Source: Lingula anatina
Lineage: Eukaryota > Animalia > Brachiopoda
DNA: 64,000 nucleotides
Direction: 5' to 3'
NCBI GenBank assembly: GCA_051362555.1
Contig: CM120646.1
Coordinates: 15,314,001 to 15,378,000 of the forward strand
The first letter of the stretch is position 1. Every line of letters begins with the position of its first letter. Of the stretch, positions 35,735-48,446 are shown one piece after another. The notes below the pieces were generated by a model, which saw only the letters and a list, made by a program, of their open reading frames with translations, was not told the DNA's origin and did no database searches. Made by a program: the position numbers and the translations under genes.

Positions 35735-38700
35735 GCGATGATGGAAGTAATGATAATAATGATAATTATAGTCAAACAAATTTTACCTTTGTCAAAACAA
35801 AATAATTCACATGGAGTTTCAGTGCTGCTTTAAGTCAAGTACCATAAGCCTCTTAAGGTAGATGAAAAGAACCACTTTGAAGCCTCTGTGTAATGATCAG
35901 AAGCAAGAGATTCCTTTTATGTATGGTCATAAGAATGGTGGTTTAAATAGAACAGGAAAAGTAGGCTTCAAATCCCTGTTGACAAAATAATGGGACATTT
36001 GAAAGACAAAATACATAAGAAAAGAACTTTTGATAGTTCTTTAAGCCTTCAGAAGTATTGCCATTTCGGCAGGTGGCCATCCTTCCTTTTCCCCCCTTTT
36101 TCATCTTTGGTTAGTAAGCACTGGAATCAGGAAGACTGGAATTTAATGTACCAGGCACAGGTTGCCGCAAGTTATTATGTAACTTGTTACAAACATCTGT
36201 GTGTTGATTTTCACAGGCAGGATTAGTTGTATTTGTGTCTTTGGTAAGGGAAGCATGGCTGTTTTGTCAAGAGTTGTGTAAGTTGGACATGGTCATGACC
36301 ATATAGACTACATGGGTGTTGGTAACATACCATTTGGATGTACACATACTTATTTCTTTCCCACTGGCTTACCGAAGGATTGGAGTTGGTCAACAAGATA
36401 AGATTAATAGACCTACAATGTGAGAACAAATCAAAATCTAAAGAGACAACAGCGCATTTCCTACCTGTGAGGCATGGAGCTTTTCAATCCTTCATCAAAG
36501 GGACTTAATCACATAAATGATTCCTTCATGTGACAATCACCATGTTTCTTAAATAGAATAATGCTTTGTTTCTGCAACAATTTAATTTTCATTAGTATTT
36601 TGGAGGAGAGGGTGAAAACCCCCACAAGAAATATATACTTAAAAGATCAGTGTTTGCTAGGAGAGATTTTGACACATTCTTTCACCTATTGGCAACTTGT
36701 TGACATCCGTTGTTGATTTTCATGTCACAATAATATTCTTAGGTAAGCTATTAACTTCCATTACATATTTCCTCTCTTGACTCATGTGATTGGTGTCACT
36801 CCGCAAAGATCAGCTATATTGAGACTTGATGTATGAAAAAAAAACTACAAAAAATGATAGTTATTAATTTAAATCTTCCTGCTTACAGTGCCAACAAAAT
36901 GCGGTTAACATCCACAGAGGAAGTCATTCAGTACTTACAATCAGAAGGGACGTGTAAGTGTGGATTGGAGTGTCCCCTGGTGGTCAATAAAGTCTTCAAC
37001 TTCGATGTCAGCAAGCCGTCCAAGCCCTGCACTGCGGAGGATATACTGATGAACGATGCCATGAAGTCCAACCTGTGTATTCATAAGCGGAAATTGTTGG
37101 CCCTAGCAACATTCCAGCATAGTCGACTGATGCAGCAGCAGGCTGTTGGCACAATGGAGATTGGAGAAGGAGGGAATGAGAAAAAGAAGAAAAAAGGTGG
37201 TAAGAGATGCAGATATTCACTGTTAGGTAGATAGGAATTGGATGTTGTGAATGAAGGCATGCTTGTTTTCTTGCTACTGTACAGTTTTTACCAACAACAT
37301 ACAAAAGTTGTTATTTTAGGCAGGGATTGGTATTGATTTCTCTGCAGACCATAAATTAATGTAGCAGAATTGTAAGCACAGTGATTCAACCAAATTGTTA
37401 TGTATTAATCATCAATATAAATTTTGACCCAGTTCTGTAGTCTATATCAAGCGTTCTTTAGCATGGCCCAAAAACCTTATTAACAAAGAACATCCTATTT
37501 TTCCTTTTTCCAGACACCAAGAAATCACTAACTCTGAAACAGCAAAAAAAGAAATCTCCTAAACAGAAGCACAAATATGAAGGTGTACTAGTCTCCCAGT
37601 TGTTGGCAGAGAGGGACAAAATGCTGCTAGCTAAAAACAAAGGACTGGGTGGAGTGGAGGAAGGGGTTGGAGGCGGGGGAGGACCCTCCAGTTTCCAGTG
37701 GCCCTCAGCCGAGGCAATTATAAGTGGAAAACAGCAGTTCTTAACAGATCATTTCTGTGATGGTTTGTACGGAGATAAACTGCAAACAGACAGTAGTGAA
37801 AGCGGTAGCACGCAGGATGGGATGCAGACACCAAAACTACAGGGGCTGAAGAGTGCCCAAGAGATGCTGATGGAACTGCAAAACCAAAAAGGCAGCAAAC
37901 CACTACCTAACTTAGGAGTGGATTTGGTGAAAGAGCAGTTGAGTGGGGAATCACAATTGAACAATGGGGCTGGAGTACCCCAGGGGGGTCCACTGCCCCA
38001 GGGGAATTTACTGCCCCAAGGGGGCGAGTTTCCAACCAACCTTCACCCGCAAGCCATGATAGAAATGCAGCAAAGAATGATGGGGTTCCCTCCTCAAGCT
38101 ATGCAAGGAGTCATGGGGATACAGCATGGGGTGGACATGATGGTACCTTCTGGCACCACAACAGGGGCACTTCAGCACCATGGAAACATGGGGATGCCCC
38201 GCCATGCTGGTGCGGGCACCGCTGGCGCAAATGGTGGAATCCCTCCTGGTGCTGGCACCTCACCACACAATAGGTTCCCTATTATGGTACAAGGAGATAA
38301 CTTCCTACCAGAATTCTCCCAGATGCAACAAATGCCAATGATGAGGATACCAGGCCAGCAGAGATTTCAGAACTTTTCCCCTGGGATGCCACAAAATATG
38401 GGAGAGTTTAATTCCATGGGTCCGAGTGCTCACCCCTCCCCTATGCACCCAATGCATAATCCCATGATGTCCCCACCCCACAATAACCCTATGGTGCCAT
38501 TCTTCAACCAGCACCCCCATTTTCCCCCTGGAGGGCCAGCAGGGATGATTCCTCTAAACCCCATGATCAACAGCATACCCGATTGGTCTCCACCTCCTAA
38601 GAAGAAGAAGAAAGCAACAAAGTCTAAAAAGCAGAAGGTAGGAGATTGTGAAGAGCAAGAAACATATGATGTGACATTATGTAGGAAAATGTTTTTAACA

Positions 38701-41700
38701 TTATTGGATTGATTACAATTAATTTAAAGGAATCATCTCTACAAATGATTTTTTTAGCATCAAAAGTGAAGAAGAGAGCAAGTAAACCATATCCCATTGA
38801 AATGTTAACAAATTTTACTTAAAGGCAGTTAGTGATACAGAAGTCTGGTATATCTTGATAATTTAAACTTACATTCCTTTCTTTTTGTGTCAATTTTAGA
38901 CCAGCAGCTCGGCCGCCAGTGTCAATCTCACAAATGCCCAAGCCAGTAAACTACCACCAGAATCTCACAGTACCACAGAGAAGGTGGCAAACAGCAGTAA
39001 TGGTAACAATCTCAGTGGAACAGTAGCATCATCCTCTTCCAGGTCTTCCGCCAAGTCTTCTAAGATAGAAGAGGAAAAAGATGAAGCTACCATCATGAAT
39101 AAAGTGAAAGAAATTTTAGGGAAAGCGCAGCTGGAACAGCAAATGGAAATAGCAAGAAAAGCACAGCAGTTGAATGCCCAGGGCGAGGAGGGCATTGGGA
39201 AGTCAAAACAGTGTGTTGTTTCTTCTACAGTCAGCACAGTAGTGCAGGCACCATCCACAAATCTGACTGCAGTAACAGTAGCATCATCAAGTGGCACATC
39301 ACAGTGTGCTTCTGGTGCACATTTTGCTGGCGCAGAAAGGCCAGAGAAAGGTGCTGAAGAGGGGAGTAGACATTATGAGCAGGCTGCAGGAGGTGGTGTC
39401 AAACCATTTGATGTACAATTAGGTCAGAAACAGTTCCCACTGGACAGCCCTCATCCTTCCATTGCTTCTAAACCTGAACTAGTGCCATCATCATCATCAT
39501 CATTGTCATCATCATCATCATCGGAATTGCCTCAGAATGGACAATATATTGTTTCAACAGCAGACACACAACAGAACCAGCAAAAACATGGATCTCATAA
39601 TTCTGATCAAATCTCTTCTGTGGAAATGTGCACTGGCGCAAGCATGCTGCAGGTTCCTGCTTCAGAAGTTGGTAATAAAGGGGAATTCCCGGTAGGATTT
39701 TCAGCACAGGAAGCCTCCCCACAACACCAGCAACAACAACACCTGCTGCATCAACAACAGCAACATCTTATCTATTTCCAACAAGCACAACAGAATCAAC
39801 AACAGCAGCTATTACAGCATATCAGTCCTGTGAATCTGAACCAAATTCCAGCATCCATGGAATTGGGGTCAGTTGAAAATGATGGAGGTGTGAATCCTTC
39901 TGGAAGGCACATATCTAGTCCCCCATCCCAGCCTGTGAGAAATCGAAGTCATTCATTTTCGTCACAACCAATCATGTCTCCAGGAAGAAGATCCCAATCG
40001 GCCACTCCGGCATCATCGTCAAGAACAACGCCCCTTTCCATGCCATCTCCAGGTCCTATGTCACCCACAGGAAATGTATTTCCATTTCCCTTGAATCCAA
40101 ATCAAGTTCAAGGTCATCCTATGTTTATGGGTCAAGGTTACATGTCTGCAGCTGGTGGACCAGGACCTCATCTAATGCATCAATTTCAAAATTTTCCTCC
40201 ACAAGGAATACCACCTCACGGCCCATGGGGGTTGCCAGACCTTCAACAGATGGCGCTTTTGTCGCCATACCAACAACAGCCAGATCAGGGACAGTCAACA
40301 GGTAAAAAGTCAGCCAAAGGAAAGGGAAAAAAGGGAAATCAGAACCAGAATAAAAATCATCAGGCTATGGTTATGGGGCCTAACATGATTCCACATCAGT
40401 TTCAGCCCCAACGGTTTGGTGTTGGCTTCTCAACAACTGCAGCAGGAGCAGCTGGGAATGTAAAGAATATGCATCAGCAGTCTGGTTTTCCTCCCCAACC
40501 TTCAAACACTGGAGGGAGTTTCCCAGCAAGTCAATTCTTATCAGCAGCAGCAAGGGCTCAAGGTCAAGTTCAAGCTCACCCAATGCAGGGTCACCAAGGT
40601 CAGCCAACCCAAGGCCAACCTCACATGATGATGATGGCCAACAACAACCCCCAGCAGCAACAGCAGCAGCAAATGATGATGCAACACCTTCAAGACATGC
40701 CAATGAATAGAATGCCTATGAATCACCCCCAGCAGATTAGACCTAATATGCCAATGACTTTTCCCCCAAATAACATGATGCAAGGGCAGAGATTCCCCAT
40801 AGGAATGCAGGTACATGCCCCACAAATGATGATGCCAATGCAAAGCAACCCACCTAATAATAAAAAACAGAGAGGTGCAAATAAAATTGCGTCGCCAAAT
40901 CCTATGGGACCAAGAGCCACCAGCTCCCCGAAGATGGCAGCTGACAATCGTGTATTTAACTTCCCTGCTGCTATTCCTCTTGGAAATGTGCCATCACAGG
41001 AGGGTGGAGGGGCTGTAGTGACCCCAACCCCAACAAAAGCTGAGCCTTCTCCCATACAGCTAGTACAGAACATGATCCATGGACTTGAAGCTACTCAAAA
41101 TGCCCTGGAGGCTGCAGCAGCTATGAGAATTGATCAAACTCAAATCAAAGGTGGGAAGAGGTCAAGCTCAAGTAGCTCCAATAGCAGCCGCGGGTCTAGT
41201 GCTGGAGGTTGCCGAGTTGCAGACCGATCTGGAAGCACAGATATGGGTTACATTTCCAAATCACCAGCTGGGAGTACCAGTGGAAGTGAGAAAAAACCAT
41301 CCCCAGATCACTCCACCAGTTTGGACAGTGTAAACTTGCCTCTCTCCAGTAATAGCACGGCAGCTGAGTCACCTGCAAAGAAAGAAATGGCTCCTAAGTT
41401 GACTGTGGACACATCTGAGGCCATGTCTAGAAATAGCCCCAGCCCAGGGAGCAGCACAGTGTGTTCACCTGGGGACCTATCTGGAAGTGCTTCTATCATG
41501 AACACAGTGGTCTCTGCCAGTCAACATGTGCACAACATGCTTGCACAATCAGCTCTCATGACCACGGAAGAAATACTAAGAAAATCAGCTCCAAACCAGT
41601 CTAACTCACATGGGGTTGAAAATGACTCCCTGAACAGCAGCTTTAGTAGCAACAGCAGTTTTGAGGCCAAGAGTCCTGCAAGCTGTCAGTCTCGTCAGAG

Positions 41701-44700
41701 CACCCCACCTAGGAACTCTACTCCTAAAGGGGAAAACAAGTACAAGTATAAACGAAGAGGGGTGGGGGCAAGAAAGTCCAGCACCCCTACCATAGCAAGT
41801 ATGCTACAGATGCAGGCCCAGGGACAACCACCTATGATGATGATGGGTGCACAGCCTCCCAGGGGGGTAGTATCCCAACCTCACCCTATTTTGCCCCAGG
41901 GGAGCCAACAGTCATTTGGTACCCCACCCAGACTTCAGTATCCAGGGGGGCAGATGAGACCAGGTGGTATGGTGAACATGGGGAACAACATGGCAGGCCA
42001 GCAACTTCCCTTTGTTTCATGTATGCCAGTGGGCCAACCAGCAGAGCAAATTATGCCAAGAGTCCATGCCAGCAATGCCCACATGCCCACCCCAAAAGGA
42101 CCTTTGCCAACAGCCAGTGCTGAGTCTCAGAACACAGGAGAACAGGGCAACTTTTATGATGGTCAAGGTCATTTCAGCTATGGTGCCAACTCAGTCCAAG
42201 GACTGAATGCAGACATGCTGCAACAGTTTATGCATAGACAGCAGCAAAATATCCACATGTGTGTTGGTCAGAGTCAGATGCCCCCAGTATCATCTGCTGC
42301 ATCAGATCAAGGCCATTATGAAGGTCAGCAGGAAGATCAAAAAGGTCATGAAACAGGTCAAGGTCATCAACTAGGCCAAGATCAGGACATAAGTTATCAG
42401 GGCTTTGAGGAAAATCATGAAACAAGTCTGCAAGGTCAGCACATTTCTGAGGTAAAACAAGAAATGTTTGAAATGGAAGGAGACCAGAATAGGTCTCATT
42501 CAACATGGATTGCAGGCCAGCAGCAACAGGAGCAAATTGCCCAACAGCAGTCAGCCTTTCATCAGGCAGCATCCGTGGTTCCAGCTAGTGGCCAAGAAAG
42601 TAAGCATAAATATGTAGACAACAGCACTGTTAGGAGCTTGAAGACAGAACACCAGCTGCCTAGCAATTACATCACAACACCCTGCAGTTCAAGTACTTAC
42701 AGCCCTGATGCAATCAATGGTGGAGAGTCAAAGCTGTCTGGTCCTGCTGTAGCCCAGTCTGGTGTGAATCACATACAAAATCAACAACAGCATGATGGAC
42801 AACACAGCCAGGCTGCCCTTCACTGGCCTGAGAATGCAGCAGTGAACACTAGCCAGCACATTAAGGGGGCAGAAGGGGGAAAATGGCAGCTGGATCAAGC
42901 AGTAGGCAGTCTGCCTCAGGATAGTATGGATGAAGACCATCCAGTACTCACTGCCATGATGAACCACCACCATGATGTTCATAGCAACCATACTGCCAAA
43001 GATGAAGTAGATGAAGATTTAGGCCCATCACCTCAAGGTGTCCCAAATACAAGGGTCAAGGAGTTTTCGGGAATGTTGACTGATGGTTTGACTGGTACAG
43101 AAAACTTCCAGCAGAGTGGTGGTGAACAGTGTCAGGACAGCAAAGTGAAGGTGTACAGGACTGAAGACAGTTCCATCTCGAACTATGTTGGGAAGGGGCA
43201 GAAGAGAGCTCTGGTGGAAGAGGATGAAACTAGTGAATGTAAGTAGATCTTTGTGATTGATGAACCTTGTAGTTGTAGTTACCAGCCAACTTTTGCCAGA
43301 TGTGACATTATACTTTAGATATTTTTTTCATCATTTGAAAGTTATTTTCTTAGATATTTTTTTCATCATTTGAAACTTATTTTCTTTTAAAAGATTAACA
43401 CGTTTTTTGTTTCTTACTCGTTCTTGGTGCATGTTGCATATGTGGTATGATTGGGTGCTTGGCATTGAATTTGTGGGCTTGTCAATGTTTGGTCCACATA
43501 GTAAAGTCAATTTACACCCCAGGCTGAGGATTCATGCTGTTTTGATAATAAACCTACTTTCAGGTGAGTCTGAGTCCTCCTCAATGACAAAAGGCATGCC
43601 AGCCAGCCAGAGGTCCTTCCAGGTAGGAGACCTAGTGTGGGGGCAAGTGAGGGGCTGTCCTTCCTGGCCAGGGAAACTTGTCAATGAAAATGAAGTCCGC
43701 AGCAACAAGTGTGCTCCTACGGAACCTGGGAAGGTAAATATTAGAAGTAATAGAAGTGAGGAATTTCCCCATAGGAGACTGAAGTGGAGTAGGATTGGTT
43801 TAACTTGGTAGTATCTTCCAAACCTCTAGCACTCTTTTATACAGATGCACTTTGTTGGGTTTGTTTTCAGATTGTAATAGTTGTAATCTTTTGGTTAAAT
43901 AGAAAATTAAAAATCACTATCAAAGTATGATGGCCATGTTTTATTCATAGAAATGGGCTGTGACTTCATATTTTTCCATACCTAACCCCGCCCCATTATA
44001 AGTTGTTTTCAATATGCTGGAGTAACAGCATTTGGCAATGTGAAACTCATTAACTCTGAAAGTCGATCTCCTATTAAGTTACCATTATTTTGCAAGTAAA
44101 TGTGATGGTATTTCCTTGGAAACACAATCACAAACAGAAAAAATGCACAGCAATTACATTTGTATATAACCAAAAATGAAAGAGAAAAGTAAGAACAAAC
44201 AATCACTTCTGCTTTCCTCTGTACATTCATGACACATAATTTGGTTCCTTCTCTGTTGTCTAGTTCTGGGTGCGATGGTATGGAGACCATTCCTTCACAC
44301 AGGTAGAGCAGGACAAGCTGAAGACCCTCTCTGAGGGACTGGAGGCACACCACAGCGATGGCAAGAAACAGAGAAAGTAAGTTCAGGGATATGTGGTCAA
44401 TGATGGTTTATGCCCAGAAGTAACTCCAGAGCAATACAGAGAATGATAACACAGGATAAGGCTTGTACCGAGCACCACTGATTGATGCTTCCTAGAGTCA
44501 GTAACAATAAAAAGAAAATAATGTTACTTGTATGCCAAGGTACCATAATTTTAGCTTAAGACAGTTGGTCATATTGGAAGCTTATGTTTTCTTTCCATTT
44601 GCCAGTTTATTGTCTTTTGTCTCTCTTCTCTAAAGAAATATATAAGTCCAGGCAAACATATTTTGTAATTATCAATATAATTGAAGCTTATATCAATACA

Positions 44701-44801
44701 TTTTACACTTTAGGGGCAGAAAACTTAATGTCAACCTTGAGGCTGCAATTCAAGAATTGATGGCAGAGTTGGACAGGAAAACTGGTACAGCCAATTGCTG
44801 A
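28233..44801 (+). CDS. MBD5: MBD5/MBD6-family (MBD + PWWP) protein, ~3010 aa, 7 coding exons
   Basis: Exons 28233-31120, 36889-37199, 37514-38637, 38900-43238, 43564-43733, 44264-44376, 44714-44801. Total 9033 nt, in frame. The MBD is split by an intron: VPFGWSRHLENGAVTYY|SANKMRL...YLQSEGTCKCGLECPLVVNKVFNFD (MBD5/6 signature). PWWP: FQVGDLVWGQVRGCPSWPGKLV...FWVRWYGDH...LKTLSEGLEAH. The rest is Q/P/M/S-rich low complexity. The start codon and possible extra small exons are uncertain. Confidence 0.9.
30396..31015. promoter_or_regulatory. Cluster of RFX X-box-like palindromes within the coding exon
   Basis: GCTGCCATGGCAAC 30396, GCTGCCATGGCTAC 30618, GTAACCATGGCAAC 30654, GTTCCCATGGCAAC 30789, GTAACCATGACAAT 31002. 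The X-box consensus is GTNRCC-N0-3-RGYAAC. Function is untested. Confidence 0.45.
33937..34010. repeat. Compound (CT)n(CA)n microsatellite
   Basis: Directly visible in the MBD5 intron. Confidence 0.9.
35676..35733. repeat. (AAT)n microsatellite
   Basis: Perfect AAT run in the MBD5 intron. Confidence 0.92.
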
Positions 44802-47274
44802 AGACGTGACCACATCATCCTGGTCCCTCAGAGCAAGAGCCTATAAACCAGATTCACCCAGGCATCAATCTACAGGCATCTGGGATAACCAGTTCAGAGT
44901 GAATGTTCTTTGAAATAGTTTTTCTTCTCAATTTCCAATCGTGCATTTCTTGTTTGCATCCTGTCATAAATTCTTTCAATAATCGTGTTTGAATTTATAG
45001 CTAGTTATATTTTTGTTAGGATTAAATAGTTTTAATGTTTTCCCTATATTTGGCTATTGATTTTGATAAATAACTGGAGCTTATGAAAGAGTACTTCTAA
45101 AAAAGGGGTCATCTTTCGCTTTGTACAATTAAAAACGAGAAGAATTGAGTCATTTTCAAGATGATCTTTCTTTCCTTTATTTTGCATACTGCAGATGTTT
45201 TCAGTATGATAGTGGAGAAACATCAGCATGTTTGTAGAAAATTTAAGTCCTGTTATGGCATCCCTCTCTGTAATTCTTTTTCTTTTCAAATTCAGAATAA
45301 ACCCCTTGACTCTTATTTTTAGCTAGAAATGTGTAGTTTAAACTAAAGAGGTCAACTGTTTTTACGTAGTGTGGTTAAGTTTTGTTTATAATTGTATCAT
45401 ATATATTTTGTCTTTCTGTTAATATTTCTCATTTGTTAATTATTATAATTATTATTTTGTTGTTACTTTGCCTTATTTCTCATTACAAAAGATGGGTGTA
45501 CAGATTTTATAGATTATTCAAGGTCATTGTATTAATGACAAACCGTACAGACAACTTAATAGGTTTTTTAGAGCTTTAGCATGAAATTGTAACCAAGACC
45601 ATAAACCTTGAACTACTTAAATTTGGAATATTCTCTTTTTCTTTTTGTTCAGTGGTGGAAAGTAGTCTTGAAAGAAATAATGCAATTTTAAATTTGTTGT
45701 GATAGCCTGCGAAACTGTGGATGTGGTGAAAGGTTCAGTCTACTTTAATTGTGTGGGAATGTTATTAGTCAATTATTTGTTATACTTGTCAAGTACCTTG
45801 TGAAAGATGTAGAAAAAAGTTGTCTATAATTGATGAAGGTTGCTTATTTGCATAGTCAGCAAAGTGTATTTTTTAACCATAAATGATGGTTTGATATTTA
45901 TTATGGATGTAATATTCAATCAGTTACTGAATGTAGATTATTGTTGTGAAATGTATGGCTTAGATAGTTGAATAAGTGGATGGTTTCTGATTTTTTACCT
46001 GCTCCTGTGTTGGGAATGATGTATGTTTAATTATTTATATATCAGCTTAAATTATCTTTGGGCAATGGGCTGAGGTATGTTTTGTGAAAATAGGACCCTA
46101 TTTGCCAGATTTGTCATGAATGACTTTCCCTTTCAATGAGCCCTAGGGTTTTGCTCATATTGGCTGCCATACTATGTACATGGAATATTAAGTAAGGTAA
46201 CAATGTTCCACTTAAATAAAGTATTGTTAACTGTTTTTTCTTTATTGATATTTTTCTTATGTATGCCAATTGTAGTGCTGAAAGTTTTAAGTTTGGCTTT
46301 TTTTCGTGAACATTTTTCAGCAACTTTAATCTGGCAAGCAAATTTTTGTTGTGTTCGGCCTTGCAATTGGTAATAGTGGTAATATCGCTTGCTTTAGGTT
46401 TATCCCTTTGCTTCATGTAGGCTTGATGTTTTTGTTTTTATAATCTACATTCTTCCTTTTTTTATTTTGAAACTTGTTTGTTTTAAAGTTATGGTAGTAA
46501 AATTGATAGATTTCCTCATTTGGTTGCACACCTGAATATTTTATGAGTCCTCTTTCTAAGTGAAGAGGCACCTTTGAGGGACAAGTTTTGGAGGATTAAC
46601 AGTTTCCTTTTCTACTAACCTGGGTGTTTTTTCTACACTTTTTGACCTTAAATCCTATTTCTTCATAGCAATATTACTATTCTTGATGCCAAAGAATAGA
46701 TCTCCTTGTCTTGAAAGCTACAATTTCAGCCACCTTGAAGCGGCATTGCTGGGGCAGTTTATGTTTTTGTAGGCCTGGAGAAGTACTTTGCCATTTTGGA
46801 TCACTGATTGTAGATTTTGTACATTACTAACATTCAGTTGACTGTTACGTTAATGTGTTGATATGTAACCCAGGTCCGTATCTTATATAATTGTCTAATC
46901 AATAAGGTTTAGTAATCGATCTTTTACATGCTCCGTAAGTTTGTAAATGTGCACATCTCTACCTTGATACAAAGGAGGTGTCTTTCAGTTTGTGTTTGTA
47001 TATGTACAATGCTGTATATTTAATATAATAGAGTACGTGCTGTAAAGCTATTCTTCTATACACTGAATGTTTATACATATAAAACTTGTGATACTTGTGA
47101 CTGAGGTATGTACATATTTGATATACATTGTTTATTATTATTAATAATATGTGTATTACAGCTGTGAAAATGTTGCATTTTTGGAAAACCAAATGGGAGA
47201 TAGTGGGAGAGACTTGGTGAGATATTAAACAAGATATATACCACTGTGTAAGTGTATGACTATTTGTAAAACTA

Positions 47275-47280
47275 AATAAA
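47275..47280 (+). terminator. Probable polyadenylation signal of the MBD5-like gene (implies a ~2.5-kb 3' UTR)
   Basis: AATAAA at the end of a T-rich, UTR-like stretch, followed by a GT/T-rich downstream element. Confidence 0.5.
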
Positions 47281-48446
47281 TAATTTATTTTCGTGAAGTT
47301 TTGTGTACTTGTAATTTTTTTTTCTTCGCTCTGACTGGCATATAAACTGCCCCTGTTAACTATACCACCAGCGTTTGCCGTTATGAACCAAATTTAAAAA
47401 CTCTAGCTGTTGTTCTTTGAATCTATGTTATGTATCCATGTAGTGTGCCTTATTCAGTTGGTGGTACATACCAAGACGGCGGGAGCGCCTCTCTGGTACG
47501 CTAGTTCCCCCCCCCCCTCCCTTTTTTTAATGTCAAAAAATGTCATGGAGTCATTCCGTCTCGTGTGCTTTAGTTTTGAAATTCAAGAAACCAGTTTTCA
47601 ATGCTTTTCGAGCACCTTGAGTAACATTTCAATACATTTGTCTCATGCTGAGATGGTAGCGGACTTGGTAAAAATAACCATGGTCTAGCATTTTCATTTG
47701 CATTTTTAATATAGTGGTGGTATAGAAGATATACGGCTGAATATGAAGTTTACCCAAAAATATATCACATACGCAGTGCAATGGAGTCAAGAAACACGTA
47801 AGTCACGCTTCAAATGTGAGGTTTCAGGAGGATAATTAATCTATCTTTCTCTAGCTGCACCACTCTGTAGTGTAGAACATATCCTAGTTGCTAAGCACTT
47901 ACTCCTGTAGCCAGTGATTCCTAAAGGGTTTATTTTTTATTTCTATTTATTTATTAATTTTTTTATAACATCATTACTTCTAAATACCTCTACCATGGTT
48001 GCAGATATTACAGGCAAATTTCAAAAAGTGGCAGAGGGTTAAATGACTGTCTATTTATCCAAAGACATATCTGTCAATATCTTGTGAAAAATCAATCTGT
48101 GGTTCTGGTAGAGGGAAACTTCTAATGGACCTTTTAAACTCGACTTTTAATTACCATTTCATCATAATTTCTAATGGACCTTTTTACCACGACATAAAAG
48201 TGGTATGGTTATGGTATGGTTAGAGAAAGCAGATAAAATTTTGATTCAGACTGAACCTTTTCTAGCCAAAATGGCGCTTCTTTCGATCCCACCCCACCCC
48301 CCTTTCCTCCTGCATACGGGACTTCTGAAGAACGACGCATTTCCTCGAATACCACAGCCACTCAAGGTGACGTAGAACCAGCTGCGCCGTGGCACACTTT
48401 ACTGGTAGTTGCTACTCAGAGCTTATTCTGAGGCGATGAGCACAAT

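Noticed and set aside
35537-35805. Poly-Asn / poly-Tyr ORFs
   Set aside because: Translations of the (AAT)n microsatellite.
28523-42991. Numerous antisense and alternate-frame ORFs over the MBD5 exons
   Set aside because: They are shadow ORFs expected opposite long low-complexity coding exons, and none has a recognisable domain.
47360-47725. Possible MITE bounded by an 11-bp inverted repeat ctataccacca/tggtggtatag
   Set aside because: The repeat is short, there is no clear TSD and there is no second copy in the window.
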